Shown here in pieces: positions 1-19,010 of a stretch of 64,000 nt of DNA. The DNA comes from the human T2T-CHM13v2.0 reference genome, Homo sapiens. The position numbers and the translations under genes are program-made. Under the pieces are notes generated by a model. That model worked only from the letters and a program-made list of their open reading frames with translations, searched no databases and was not told the DNA's origin. The DNA lies in NCBI RefSeq assembly GCF_009914755.1, contig NC_060931.1, one strand, 5' to 3'. Within the stretch, counting starts at the first letter, position 1. Every line of letters begins with the position of its first letter.

Positions 1-267
1 CATCTGCTGAAGAGCTGTCCGTTTTCATTACTGACTCTGTAAAATACACTGTTCTTTGTGTACTGTGTGTTATTTTGCCAGCTGCTGCATTAGCCTTCAA
101 AAGTATTTGGAAACTTAAGATGAACTACAATTTTTTGCAAAGTACATTCCTTTCTGTGGTATTTTTTCCTGCAATGGAAGCATAGTAATTATTTTATGGA
201 AATGTTAGCAATTCTATACCAACTTTGAATAAAATGAAAAATTTATTAAAATTAAAAAAAAAATAAA
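1..267 (+). pseudogene. 3' end (3'UTR + poly(A) remnant) of a probable processed pseudogene, parent unidentified
   Basis: AU-rich UTR-like sequence, AATAAA at 228-233, A-run at ~254-263, then an abrupt switch into a MER63-like element. Confidence 0.6.
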
Positions 268-274
268 GTCCTAT

Positions 275-423
275 TCCTAGCTTTTGTCAGTTTCCATGGT
301 GTCAATACTCCCACTGTGGCAGATTTCAAACTATCCATGTGAAGCCACTAAATATGGAGTGGGGAGGAGAGGCACAGAATCCACTCTCAAGGCCAGTGTA
401 AGCCAGCAGCAGCAAGCCACTGG
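275..423. mobile_element. MER63-like hAT-Blackjack DNA transposon fragment
   Basis: tttccatggtgtcaatactcccactgtggcagatttcaaacta...ccactg resembles the MER63 consensus. Confidence 0.6.
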
Positions 424-1029
424 TCTGCCCTGCAGGTAGAGGTCTTCTTGTTGGTCCCTATCTATAAAGTAGAGACAGTTGTAGAAAGGCGACTTTGTGT
501 TCCTCTCCTATACTGATTATACATGTACTACGGAACCCAAAATCAGAGCTTTAGAAATTTGGATGGTCACACAAAACTTTTTATAAATGTTGCTAAATTA
601 TTTGGTTGTTTTATGCTAATAAAACCCTCTGGGCAGGGATTCAAATGTGTCTGAAAATTACTTGTAAAGCTGTTAAGAGGATAACAAAGTGTCATTTAAA
701 TATAATTTTCCTACTAAAACGTGTTAATTAAAATATGCTAATATATTTTATGAGTTGTTCTTGTGGGATATAAACAATATTTTAAAGCTGTTTAGCTACA
801 TAAATTGTTCCAATGCCATTTCTGGATCAAAAGTTCTAAAAGTCTCTGATAATTATGGTTATTAATTTGGTCATAGTTGCTGACATCACTAGGGTTAATA
901 CAACATTGAAACAGTACATATTTATTTAAAGACCTTTTAAAAATTGGAGTTCAACGTTAAAGCTGCCTATCATAAAAGAGAAATGATGCATGTACCTGTT
1001 CCCAAAAAAGTAGAGTTAAATGAGAGTCA

Positions 1030-1530
1030 AAGCCTCTAAGTCCTATTTGTCAGTAATCCTTGTTACTCTCTAGTACTCCACCCCTCCCAGTTAGTCTCAT
1101 TCTTCTCTGCTTGGCTCCATACCCTGGGGGTTAGACCCGTGTGGGTTATATCACCCGGGCTCCCTTGCCATTAGCTCCTGGTTGAGTTTGGCAGGTGGAA
1201 GGCAGGAGATTGGAGGTCAGGAGAGATAAGTCACAATATACCTAACATCCTAGCTTCATGCTTTGGAGTTCTGTCTTGGGCAGTAACTGGATCCCTCCAT
1301 GAAGACAACTCCCACTGGGCCACCTTCTTTGCCGGTGACACTATTTTCTTCCCTTGTCGCTTCCATCCAAGGATGCTGGTGACTCCGCGCTGTCGCCGGT
1401 CTCTGGGTCCCTGTGTCTACTTTGTTTGCTTCCTTCATCTTTCCCACACCTCTAAAATCTTCCCTTCACTAAGGTCTCTTTATTTGAATCATCTGGAGTG
1501 AATTCTTTCTACTGGGTCCTTCCCTGATAC
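1030..1530. mobile_element. LTR33-like ERVL solo LTR
   Basis: tcacccgggctcccttgcc...ggttgagtttggc...gcaggagattggagg motif; ends ...ccctgatac. Confidence 0.55.
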
Positions 1531-1976
1531 CTTCATAATTGTATATTTCATTTGTATTCTTTATTAACCATAATTAAATTCTAAGACAGTAGTTGCTCCA
1601 TGTGTTTGTATTTTCTACCATCCCCTGTTGGGGAGATACATTTAAAGCTTTATATGGCATGGGTACCAGCCAGTCATATGAGATGCTGGCTTGTGAGTTG
1701 TTCTAGTGCATTGTGGGTGACTGTTCTTTTTGATACAATAAAGCCTAATTCCAAGATACTGGGATTGGAAGAAAAGAAATAAATAACGGATGCGGTCTAA
1801 AAATAAAATGCATTAGCTGCTTCTGCAGCCAAGACATTGGCCTTCAGTCCTTTATTTTTTCTATTTCCTCTGTTTGAAATGTTTTTTAGTTGAAAATGAC
1901 TTTCCAACTTTTTTCTTTTTAAGTATGGCAGATTCACAATAGCAGGCCTCAGATTCAGAACAAAAAATCACAGTGC

Positions 1977-2160
1977 AGTGGTACCAAACTTGAGTGTGCA
2001 TCAGGGTCACCTGGAGAACTTGTTAGGACAGGGACTGCTGGGCCCCATCCTCAGTTTCTGATGTAGTTGGTCTGAAGAAGGACATGAGAATTTCCATCTC
2101 TAACCAGTTTGCAGGTGATGCTGAGGCTGCTGGACCAGGGACCACATTTCAGAACCACTG
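1977..2160. mobile_element. MER5A (hAT-Charlie MITE)
   Basis: cagtggt...accactg terminal inverted repeats; internal gcatcagggtcacctggag...ggtgatgctgaggctgctgg. Confidence 0.85.
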
Positions 2161-3849
2161 TGGTGCATAATCTAGATCCTGTGCCGTATGGCTGCATGGT
2201 GGCCCTTCAGACCATTCTTCTCCATTTTACATTTTATAATGATGTTTTTTGCTGCTTTTGAGAAAAGAAGAGATTATAAATCAGCTGGGAAACATTTATT
2301 TGCCCTAAATATGAAACACATTTCTCAAGACTTATGATCTCTCATGTCTTATTTTGTATTCAACTATAAAGAATCTTGGGAAGACAGTTGTGAAAATGTC
2401 TTGGATCCTTTCCTCAAATTTCTAGTGGATTTTATTCAGTTTCCTAAAGTAATGACTGTATATATTTTCTAAATACATAGCTTCAAATTCTTATAAAAGA
2501 GTGAATTAATTTCCAGTTACAAAGACATATTTGAATGATTTAATTTCTTATTGGATGTGACATTTCTATTGTCAGAGAAAATGGATCAGGCAATAAATCA
2601 AATATATATTTTAATGTTTATATTTCCTTACCACCCTCAAAATGCAGGAGGAACCAAGGAAAGGCAAAGAAAAAAGTGACTAAGCTCTGTGGCAACATGG
2701 ACAGATGTAAGTCAAAGCAAGACATCCATAAATCTGGAGGGTTCTTTTTGTAGGGGAAAGAATCTACCATTCTGATATGACTGGGTTTAACTCTACATTG
2801 TAGTTATTCTTAAACGTACAAGCAAATCTTAAGAAAGCAAGCTGAGGCAAAGAAATAACTCATAAATTTTAGCCAAAATAATATGTTTTCAATTCTAAGT
2901 CAGTTCACAGCCAAAGGAATTAGGAAGGGAAACAAGTTCTTAACTTGATGCAGACCACCGCCATCTTGGAAAATGGATTGAGTAGCTAGATCTGGACCCA
3001 TGACCCCAACCTAGCTGGATCAGGACATGCTTCTTGGTGGTGTTCTAGGCATAATACCTGAGACTGGATTTATTTCAGTTACTTAGAAAATGTTGCTTTA
3101 AATTGTCATCTCCTCCTAAACAACTCATGGTGCTATTGTCAGGAGGAAATGAAGTCCGAGAGTTGAAGTCTCGTATTATTAATATAAGCACAACAGTGGT
3201 ACACATGACAGCCGGGTGTGGGAAGCAGCCTTGGTTTCAGTGGATCTTGGATTACTCCAGAGCAGATAACTAGGATACTTTTAACTGGAAACAGTGTTCT
3301 TCCAAATGTTATCACCCATAACTGGAGATAATGAGATTTTATCCCTAGCTAGCAAGAGCCCTCATGACTTCAGTGCAGCCACTGTGCTCACACTCTTGTC
3401 AGGACATATCTACCCCATTTTCCTCCTTGATATAATTATTAGGTCCCTTTCTGTACATATAAAAACATCTCCTTGCATGTTTAAAACAAAACTCACTCTG
3501 GTAGTGTTAACTTTCCATGCAGAGCAGAACATTTATAAATGTGTGTCTGCAGAAACAAACAAACAAAAACTTCTCGCTGTAAATAGAACAAAAAGAGGAA
3601 AAATGTTGTGGAAATTTTACTGCTGCCCGCTATTCTGTTTATATTCAGGCAAGGCAATTTTATGAAATGCGTAGAGTCAGATTCAGGGTTGAGTTTGAAT
3701 TGACGTGATCTAAATGCTGGCATGGTATCCAAAAGCCAAATCTGTATCATCTAGTTTTGATATCTGGAAATGTTCGCATGATCTTTTTGACACTTAAAGG
3801 ACATTAATATTACATTGCTGATGTCAGTATTCAGAAAAAATAGGATTAC

Positions 3850-4892
<1,043 letters not shown>

Positions 4893-5264
4893 CTAAATAA
4901 AATACATCTTTAGTTAATCTTGAAAACACCTATTACTTTAAACCATAATGTGTAGGGAAAGTAGCTGAGTGCTGAGCCAATTAAAGTGGAGGACTGTTGA
5001 GTGAGGTTGTTCTCTGTGATGGCCTCCCACAGAGCCAGTGGGGCATTGAGTTGTGTAAGTAACTGACACACAGAACAAGCTCATGACAGTTTTTTTGAAA
5101 TCACAAAATGGAGGTGTGTTGTCTAGCTTCAGGGACTTCCTGATGACTGCTTAGCACCAAGTGTCTAAGGAGGTGAGGATGAAAAAGGAAATAAGTGGGC
5201 CTATCACATCAGCAAGAATCAGTGTGTCGGGGTAGAGGAGACCTGTAGATTGAAGTGTCAACCC

Positions 5265-5299
<35 letters not shown>

Positions 5300-5320
5300 G
5301 TCTCTGTCTGTCTCTGTCTC
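5265..5320. repeat. (TCTG)n microsatellite
   Basis: Visible tandem ctgtctgtct... array. Confidence 0.95.
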
Positions 5321-5369
5321 TACCCCAACCCCTCCCCGCCCTCTGTCATTCTCTCTCATATCAGTATGT

Positions 5370-7530
5370 GTATAATGGATATCCCAGAAAAGAGATAGAA
5401 AAATAAGAGGGTAAATAAATATTTGAAGAAATAGTGGCAACATTTTCCCAAATTTGGGAAGCTTAACAAACTCCAGGTAGGATAAACATAAGATATTAAC
5501 AACTAAACATGTCATAGTCAAGCCAAGACAGTGAGAAAATCATGAAAACAGCAAGAGAAAAATAACTGTACAAATGTACAGGGGAAGCAGTAATGTGATT
5601 AGCAACTGACTCCTCATTATGAACAGTGGAAATTAGCAGGCAGTGAATGACATATTCAAAGTGCTAACAGAAAAATCTGGCAAGCAAGGGTTCCAAAAAC
5701 TATCCTTCAACAATGAAAATAAAATAAAGTGATAAACAGATAAACAGGGCCTGAGAGAACTGATATCAAACCTGCTTTCCAAGAACAGACAGGAATGCAA
5801 ATCCACAGGAAGGATTAAAGAACATCAAAAATGGTAAATTTGTGGATAAATATATACATTTTTCTTTTCTTCTCTTATTTAAAAGACATAGATTGTTTAA
5901 AGCAATAATTATAACACTTTATTGTTGGTTTTATAACGTACATAGATGTAATAGCACATATATATGCCATATCTGCATATGTCAAATTATATCAATATAT
6001 AAAACATAAGTATATTCAATATAAATATATAAATAGCATCTAAAAATATAAGTAGGGAGAAGAAAATAGAGCTATGGTGCAGTAAAGTTTCTGTGTTTTA
6101 CCAGAATTATGAGCATTAGCATAAAGTAGATTGAGATAAATTAAGATGCCTATTGTAATCCCTAGAGAACCCACTAAGAAGACAATTCAAAAAGTGCAAT
6201 TAAATATTTTCTTCATTTGTTTTGATTGTTTATTTGGGTGTGAGTGGTCATGACTGCTAAGTTATCAATGTGGAATGGCATGTTTGCCTCATTTAATGTC
6301 CTTTGTCTTCAGTTTCCCATTGCCTGATATTAAAGTCTCTGCATTCTCTTTATTTAATTTGCCATGTATGAATCACCCTGTCCTCTTATTTTTCAAGTTT
6401 ATGAGTAACTTTGTTTTAGGTGTGTTCTTTATAAATGATTTTACTTTCTGATCCAATGTGAGTATTGTTTTCTTATAATGGCACAGTTATCTCACATATT
6501 TTGGTTATTGACATAATACACTAAGTCATTTTTTACCTTATAATTGGATTTATATTGAATTCCCACTTTGAAAAATGAGGAAATAAGTATAATTCGACAC
6601 CTCACCTCCCTATCCTTCCTTCACACCTAGGTTTGGCTACCCAATATTATTGTCATATCTTTAAATAATAGGCTAATATTTCTCATATTGATTTATCAGC
6701 TTTGAACTATGTCAACTCTTTATTATAGAAGATGAGGAAACTGGCATATTTACACTCACTACCTCCTACCTTTGCTAAGGTAATTAATAAGTATATCTAA
6801 TAGAGATATATAAAATTCCACACCTGAAAGCCAAGCATACATCTTGTTTTTAAGTGCCCATGATTAGTTTCCAAAATTGATTAGCTACTAAGCTACAAGT
6901 AAAATGTCAATCCATAGTAAAAAAAAAATTGCAGTATCACAGCTTCTGCTCATAATACAATAAAGCTGGACATGAGAGTATCAGATCTAGAAAATTCATA
7001 GTCCTAAATACTAATGTAGATGAACAACAAAGAATAAAAATAAGTTCATGGCAGCATTTTTCATAACAGTCAAAAGGTGGGAAAAACCCATATGTCCATT
7101 AACTAATGAATGGATAAACAAAATGTAGTATAATCATACAATGAAATATTATTCAGCCATAAGGAGGAATGAAGTATTTATACACGCTACAACATGGATT
7201 ACACTAAATGAAAAAAGCCAGATATATAAGGCTACTTATTATATGATTTCCTTTATATGAAAGCTCCTGAATTAACTATTTATGACTTTTCCATAAATCT
7301 ATAATCCATAAATCCATAGAGATGGAAAGTAGATTAGTGGTTGCCAGTGCATGGGAGAGAGGGATAAATGGGAAGTTACTATTAATGGGTACAGAGTTTC
7401 TTTTGGGAGTGATGAAAATATTTTGAAACTAGATTGTGGTGGTAATTGCACAATTTGGTGAACATACTAAAAATCAGCAAATTATACACTTTAAAATTCA
7501 CAGACTTTGTCTGTGAATTATCAGTCAGTA
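5370..7530 (+). mobile_element. Old L1M fragments (ORF1-region relic; L1MB-like 3' end at ~7040-7530)
   Basis: aatggataaacaaaatgtagtataatcatacaatgaaatattattcagccataa and aatgggtacagagtttcttttgggagtgatgaaaatattttgaaactaga are L1MB-type 3' motifs. Confidence 0.65.
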
Positions 7531-7673
7531 TAAAAAGTGATATACTTCTTCCATATTCTCTTGGTCCACTCTTGATACAGTTACCCAAAGGTAAATACCA
7601 GAAGGCAGGAAGCATTTGAGGACTGTTTTGGAGGCTGGCTACCACATATATCTTTAAAAATGTATGTCCTGTT

Positions 7674-7978
<305 letters not shown>

Positions 7979-8104
7979 CTATGTCCTATTATACCCTACA
8001 CTTCTCCCATGTCAAATAGCTTCAACTGGATGCAGCTACTAACATCTGTATACTTAGCTCCATTCATTGGACAATCCAAGGCCACATTTCATAGCTAATT
8101 TTCT

Positions 8105-8161
8105 TTTTTTTTCTATTTCAAGTCTCATGTTTTACATGACTTTTCTTTTGTTGCTACCTAG

Positions 8162-8196
<35 letters not shown>

Positions 8197-9157
8197 TTTA
8201 AGTTCTGGGATACATGTGCAGAACGTGCAGGTTTGTTACATAGGTATACATGTGCCATGGTGGTTTGCTGCACCCATCAACCCATCGTCTACATTAGGTA
8301 TTTCTTCTAGTGCTATCTCCTCCCCAGCGCCCCACTCCACAACAGGCCCCAGTGTGTGATGATCCCCTCCCTGTGTCTATGTGTTCTCATTGTTCAACTC
8401 CCACTTATGAGTGAGAACATGTGGTGTTTGATTTTCTGTTCCTGTGTTAGTTTGCTGCAAATGATGGTTTCCAGCTTCATCCGTGTCCCTGCAAAGGACA
8501 TGAACTGATCCTTTTTTATGGCTGCATAGTATTCTATGGTGTATATGTGTCACATTTTCTTAATCTAGTCTATCATTGATGGGCATTTGGGTTGGTTCCA
8601 AGTCTTTGTTATTGGGAACAGTGCTGCAATAAACGTACGTGTGCATGTGTCTTTATAGTAGCATGATTTATAATCCTTTGGGTATACCCAGTAATGGGAT
8701 TGCTGTGTCAAATGGTATTTCTGGTTCTAGATCCTTGAGGTATCGCCACACTGTTTTCCACAATGGTTGAACTAATTTACACTCCCACCAACAGTGTAAA
8801 AGCGTTCCTGTTTCTCCACACCCTCTCCAGCATCTGTTGTTTCCTGACTTTTTAATGATCGCCATTCTAACTGGTGTGAGATGGTATCTCACTGTGGTTT
8901 TGTTTTGCATTTCTCTAATAACCAGTGGTGATGAGCTTTTTTTCATATGTTTGTTGGCCACATAAATGTCTTCTTTTGAGAAGTTTCTGTTCATATCCTT
9001 TGCCCACTTTTTGGTGGGGTTGTTTGTTTTTTTCTTGTACATTTGTTTAAGTTCTTTGTAGCTTCTGGATATTAGCCCTTTGTCACATGGATAGATTGCA
9101 AAAATTTTCTCCCATTCTGTAGGTTGCCTGTTCACTCTGGTGATAGTTTCTTTTGCT
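8105..9157 (-). mobile_element. 5'-truncated L1PA (ORF2 C-terminus + 3'UTR) with a short 3' extension
   Basis: ORF 8668-9135 matches the L1 ORF2 C-terminus ([27 protein letters not shown]); TSD ttca(t/c)agctaattttct at 8088-8104 and 9157-9173. Confidence 0.92.
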
Positions 9158-9329
9158 TCACAGCTAATTTTCTATCCTAAATGGTGTCCTGTTTAATGAA
9201 GGTCAGTGTGATTGGAAAATTATTTTCTAACACATCATTATTTCTTACTGAGCTTTCCACTCACAAGTAGAAATTTCCATTTCTAAATGTCTCAAATACA
9301 TTAAACATAGCTGTATTATCTCCAGTTGT

Positions 9330-9718
9330 AACAGAAATCCTGTAAGGTAGAGGTGCATATTATTGGTGGGGAAAATGAGGCTTGGAAAAGTTATATAATT
9401 TCCCTAAGGTTTCCTGGCTAGTAAGTGTCAGAGCAAGGATTCTAAGCCGTATAATAACAACCACCACAATAGTTCACATATACTGAATATTCACTGTGTG
9501 ACACATTATTCTACATGATCTCCACATATTATCTCATTGAATAATCACAACAGCCTGATGAAGTAGGTACCATTAATGTTTTGCAAATGAGAAACTGAGG
9601 CTTAGAAAGGTTAACTAACATACCCAAGGTCACAAAGGTAGTGAGTGGTGGAGCAGAGACCAGAACCCAGGTCTGCTTGAGTCTTGTTTGTGCACTTAGC
9701 ATTGTATCACACTGCCTC
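9330..9718 (-). mobile_element. MIR fragments
   Basis: atgagaaactgaggcttagaaaggttaactaacatacccaaggtcaca MIR core. Confidence 0.75.
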
Positions 9719-9786
9719 CAGAGTGGAGTAGAGCTGAGTGGAACTGAGGAAGCTTTCAGATTTTTATATATGTATGAATTTATTAA

Positions 9787-10100
<314 letters not shown>

Positions 10101-10884
10101 ATATCCCTTATATCTTGCTCCAGAAAGGATTTGAGGTGGCCAGAGGGTCTAAATTTTCTTTCCACGAGGATATAATCAACTTATTCTCGCAAAAATAACT
10201 GACTCCAGTGTCCCATGCAAGTATTTCGCAGAAAGACTGAATTTTTCCAGATGCTATCCTTATATCCCTCTCTATATGCCTTTGAAGTTTCCGTTTAGTT
10301 GTTTCTCCTTTTTAATTCTCATTGTAATGGGAGATATTGAACAAAATCTTTGAGATCCAACTCCACCAAAATTCTATTTTGGATAAATGAAAACCTATTT
10401 TGGATATTGGATAAATGGAAACCTTATATCAAGAAAGGTTTTCATTTCCCAAAGAGGGCGCTGTGGTTCAAATTAGTGCATTTGCTAGCACTGAGTTCCT
10501 ATTTGGGCTTTCTTCCTTTTGCATCCTCTGAATGAAGAATTGCAGTATAATTTAGGATTTGGAAAGTGTTTGAAGGCCTGTTCATTAATCTTGTGTAGGA
10601 ACTGGACAGCTCCCTCATCAAACACAAATCAAACACAAAAGTCTGATTTTTTTTTTGGAAGAAAAGGAAACAGCTGAGGTTTCTGCATAATTAGAACAAG
10701 AGTAGCAGGCTCTCAAGAAGTGTCCACACAAAAGAATTAGAGACAGAAACAGATTTAATGAAAACTAATCTTCAGGACCACACACTTGCACAGGCCCTTT
10801 CCAAGTTCCCAGGAAGAGTTCCAGCAATGTGTTCAAATGGCCATGTGTTTCTGTAAAATTTGCCTAAGTACAGTATTTTATATT

Positions 10885-11194
<310 letters not shown>

Positions 11195-11879
11195 AAAAGT
11201 ACAATGTTTATTTTAACCACTGTCAGTTAGGGTTGCTCTTCCTTCTTCAACTTTTCCTTGGTCACATGCTTCCTCAGGTTGACTGCTACTGGATGGCCTT
11301 GGGCATTACTTAGATCTGACTAAGGTGAAATCAGGCTGGGGATACATTTATTTTAGGGCTTACAGAATATATTTATGTGATTTGCTGTCATTTCCATAGA
11401 GTTATGTTACTGCTAGGTGTCCTGGTGCAGAGAGGGCTTCCAGGAGTACTGCTGTTACCCAGGGAGCCAATTCATTTAGCGTCGTGACATAAAAGTGTGG
11501 GCTGACGATCTTGTTGCAATAAGGGTGTGTGTCTAGCACCAGAATTATGTGGTGCTGGTAGAACAAGGTTTGGAATGTATGGAAATAGATGCTGATCCAC
11601 AGAGAATTCTTGCAGCTGTTAAACATGTAAAATTACAAGCTCAGGATTTGGTTCTCATATATGCCTAGCCAGAATAAAAGTACTCTTTTATGAGGAATAT
11701 GTTCAATGAGGCAGTATATCCAGCTACAAATATACCATACATTTTTTATGGGAATCACATGAAAGACTATTTCCAGGGCATGAAACTGTAGCACAACCAC
11801 AAACAACAGTTTCTGCAGATGAAGTTGCACCTTTTACACATCCCAATAACCAACCATAAAAAAATTACATCAACCGTGC

Positions 11880-12214
11880 TAGGAGTGTAAATTATCTTTC
11901 GCTTATCTCTATGAAAATGATATTACAAAATCATTGTCATATAAATGGATGTTCAAATCGTATGAAGCCAAAAATGTAGGGGAAAATATCACAGAGGATG
12001 GTCAGGCAATAAATGAATAAAAATACTGGATTTGTGATGTTTGTGGTATTGTCAGATTCTAAAAATTTTGTAATTTCCTTTGGTTACGTTATCATTTTAA
12101 ATAAATATTCTCATTCATGCCTAATTTGTATTTGTAAATTTTTGTTCTCTTAATCCCAGTGGGCCTTCAAAATTACAGACATTTCAGACCCCACAAAACC
12201 TGAATCTTTTCCTG
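11880..12214. mobile_element. Zaphod-like hAT-Tip100 DNA transposon end
   Basis: ttcagaccccacaaaacctgaatct...cctg terminal motif; tcattgtcatat...gccaaaaatgtagg. Confidence 0.55.
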
Positions 12215-12534
12215 ATTAGAGATACTTTCTCTGATAACTACAGCAGAATGGTAGAAATAAAATATACTTAAAACTTTATTTAATAATTGGAAATTTTATT
12301 TCTGAATGTCAAGTTCCATGAATTTCCTTTTTAACTCAGTTTTAGTGAGGTATAGTTTACATACAGTAATATGCAGAGATTTTAAGTATACATTTCAATG
12401 ACTTTGACAAATGTGTAAACGTATGAAACTAACATCCAAATAATGATACAGAACCTTTTCATCATCCCCCCAAATTCCCTTGTACTACTTTCCAGTAACT
12501 CCACCCCCAGCTCCCCAGGCAACTGATACTCTGA

Positions 12535-12759
<225 letters not shown>

Positions 12760-12865
12760 TGATATTCTGATTTTTATCACTAGAGATCAGTTGCCTGTTT
12801 GTGAAGTTGATAGGAATGGAATCACACAGTGCACTCCTTTGTGTCTGACTTCTTCACTCACCATA

Positions 12866-13322
12866 TGTGCGATGGTTAATCTTATGTCAACTTGACTGGG
12901 CTAAGGGATGCCCAGATAGCTGGTAAGACATTATTTCTGGGCATGTCCATGAGGGTATCTCCAGAAGAGATGATCATTTGAGTTGGTAGACTGAGTAAGG
13001 AAGACTGCCCTTGTCAGTGTAGTTGGGCATCATCCTGTCCATTGAAAGCCCAGATAGAGCAAAATGGCAGAGAAAGGACAGATTCTCTCTTGTCTTGAGC
13101 AAGGACATCCATATTCTTCTGCCTTTGGACGTGAAGCTCCTGGTTCTGAGGCCTTCAGACTCAGACTGAATTAGACCACTAGCTTTCCTAGGTGTTTGCA
13201 GATGGCAGATGGTCGCCAAGAAATCTTTCTTGGGCTCCATAATCAAGTGAGATAATTCCGGTAGTAATAAATCTCTGTCTCTGTCTCTCTTTCTGTTGTT
13301 TCTCCGGAGAACTCTAATACAA
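12866..13322 (+). mobile_element. MLT2 (ERVL) solo LTR
   Basis: Starts tgtgcgatggttaatcttatgtcaacttgactgggctaaggg; ends ggagaactctaataca. Confidence 0.85.
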
Positions 13323-14039
13323 TATGTTTTTGTTTTGTTTCTTAATTTTTAAGTTTATGGGTGTATAGTAGGTGTATGTATTTATGGGGTACATGAGATA
13401 TTTTTATACAGGCATACAATGCACTATAATCACGTCAGGGTAAATGGAGTATCCATCTCCCCAATATACAACGTTTTTTTGAGATATGCCCATGCTGTTG
13501 TGTAGATCAGTAATCTGTTGCTTTTTGGTGATAAGCACTAAATCATGATTTCTCTATTCTCCTGTTAAACATTTGGGTTATTTTCAGGTTTTGCTATTAA
13601 GAATAAATCTGCTATAAATATTTTTGTACAGGTCATTTTGTGAAGACTGATTTTCATTTCTCTTGGAGATATACTTAGAAACGGAATTGCTGGGTTCTGT
13701 GATAGGTGGGTATTTACTTTATAAGGAAATGCCAAAACTTTTTCCAGTGAGGTTGTACCATAAATCACTTCCGTCAGTGATTAATGAGAATTCCACTTGT
13801 TTCATATGCTCATCAGTATGCTAAGAGTTGTGAAGTGGTGTCTCATTGTGGCTTTAATTTACATTTCTCTATTAATAATAATGTTGAGTGCCTTTTCATA
13901 TGTTTACTGACCATTCCTGTATCTTCTTTTATTAAGTATTCTAAATAATTTACCCATTTTTATTTGGATGGTTTGACTTATTATTGAGTTGTAGTAGTTC
14001 TTTATAAACTCTGAATGTAAGTTCTTTATAAAGTTTGGA

Positions 14040-14152
14040 GAGATCTATTTATCTACACATACATTATCTATCTGTCTATCTATCTATCTATCTATCTATC
14101 TGTCTATCTTGTCTGTCTACCTATCTATCTATGAATGAATCATCCATCTATC
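14040..14152. repeat. Imperfect (TCTA)n microsatellite
   Basis: Visible tandem array. Confidence 0.9.
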
Positions 14153-14809
14153 TGAAGAGAATATTTTCTCCCAGTCTGTGGTCTGTCTTCAGTGTCTTTT
14201 TTTTTTTTCCTAAAAAAAACAACCTTTTATTTTGGAATACTTTTGGAGTTACAAAAGAGTTGCAAAAATAACAGAGACAGTTCCTGTAAACCCTCCACCT
14301 GGCTTCCTCTAAAATTAATATTTTATTTTTTCCACAGATTTGGTGATTATCTGCTCATCTTATTACTGATTTCTAATTTGATTCTGTTGTGGTCAGAGAA
14401 CACATTCTGTACAATTTCAGTCTTTTGAAATTTATTATGACATGCTTTGTAATCCAGCACATAATTTATCTTGTTTTCATGCATACATGAACAGAAATGT
14501 ATTTTTTTGCAGTTGTTAGATGTAGTATTTAAAAAACATAAATTAGATCAAGTTGGTTAATAGTATTGCTCAAATCTTTTATATCTTAATGGATTTTTGT
14601 CTGCTTGTTATATCAAATAGAGTGTTGAAATCACTAACTATAACTGTGGAATTGTCTAATTCTTCTTTTCAATTCTGTTGGTTTTGCTGCATATTTTTGA
14701 AGTTCTGTTTCTAGATGCATACACATTTAGAATTGTTATATCTTCTTGATGAAATGACTATTTTTTCATTATGAAATGTCCATCTTTATCACTGGTAATG
14801 CTCCTCGTT

Positions 14810-17563
<2,754 letters not shown>

Positions 17564-17949
17564 TGCTTCCATTGTTTCTAGTAAGATGTCAGCCATAGTT
17601 CTTATTGTTGTATGTACTGTGATATATCCCTCTCTGCCTTCCCCCTTCCCCCAGCCGCTTTTGAGATTTTCTCTTTATTTTTGGTTCTCTGCAGTTTGAC
17701 ATTTATGTATGTGCCTCAGCATAGTTTTCTTTTTGTTCATCTTGCTCAGGGTTTCCTTAGCTTAGTGGTGCTTTGGGTTTGTTCACCTTCAAATTGGGAA
17801 GATGTTGGTCATTATTTTTTAAAGTATTTTTTCTTCTCCATTCTCTCTCTCCTATTCTTCCGGGACTTGAATTATATATATTAGATCACTTCAAATTGTC
17901 CCACAGATCAGTGATTCTTTATACATTTTTATTTCAATCTTTCTCTCTT

Positions 17950-18697
<748 letters not shown>

Positions 18698-19010
18698 TTA
18701 GCCACCAAAGCCATAAAGGGTGCACCCCTGCCACTTAAACACATAGACTACGCCCATGGCTGTTACATCTTGCACTTGGCATGCTTGGTGTGACATCATC
18801 CTGGATCACATTCTCCAGAAACACCTTCAAAACCTCCTGGATCTCCTCATAGATGAGGCCAGAAATGCTCTTGACACCATCACACCAAGCAAGATGCCAG
18901 ATAGGAGGCTTGCAGATAGATGCCTTGCAGGCTGTCATACGTAGGACCTTGCAGTGACACTTAGTTCCTTCCTTACCCAGTCCTTTTCCACCTTTGCCTC
19001 AGCCAGACAT
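18698..19010 (-). pseudogene. Histone H4 pseudogene (complete CDS with stops and frameshifts)
   Basis: ATGTCTGGCTGAGGCAAAGGTGGAAAAGGACTGGGTAAG = [12 protein letters not shown]; [27 protein letters not shown]; ends TLYGFGG-TAA. Confidence 0.95.

Noticed and set aside
3451-3548. Apparent small minus-strand exon ending in gtgagt with a downstream acceptor at 3451
   Set aside because: The implied intron is only 46 nt; more likely chance motifs within a larger terminal exon
11400-11860. Plus-strand protein-like reading (..LECMEIDADPQRILAAVKH..) and faint minus-strand resemblances to GREB1 or INO80D/KANSL2 Cys motifs
   Set aside because: Several stops and no consistent motif alignment; too weak to name a family
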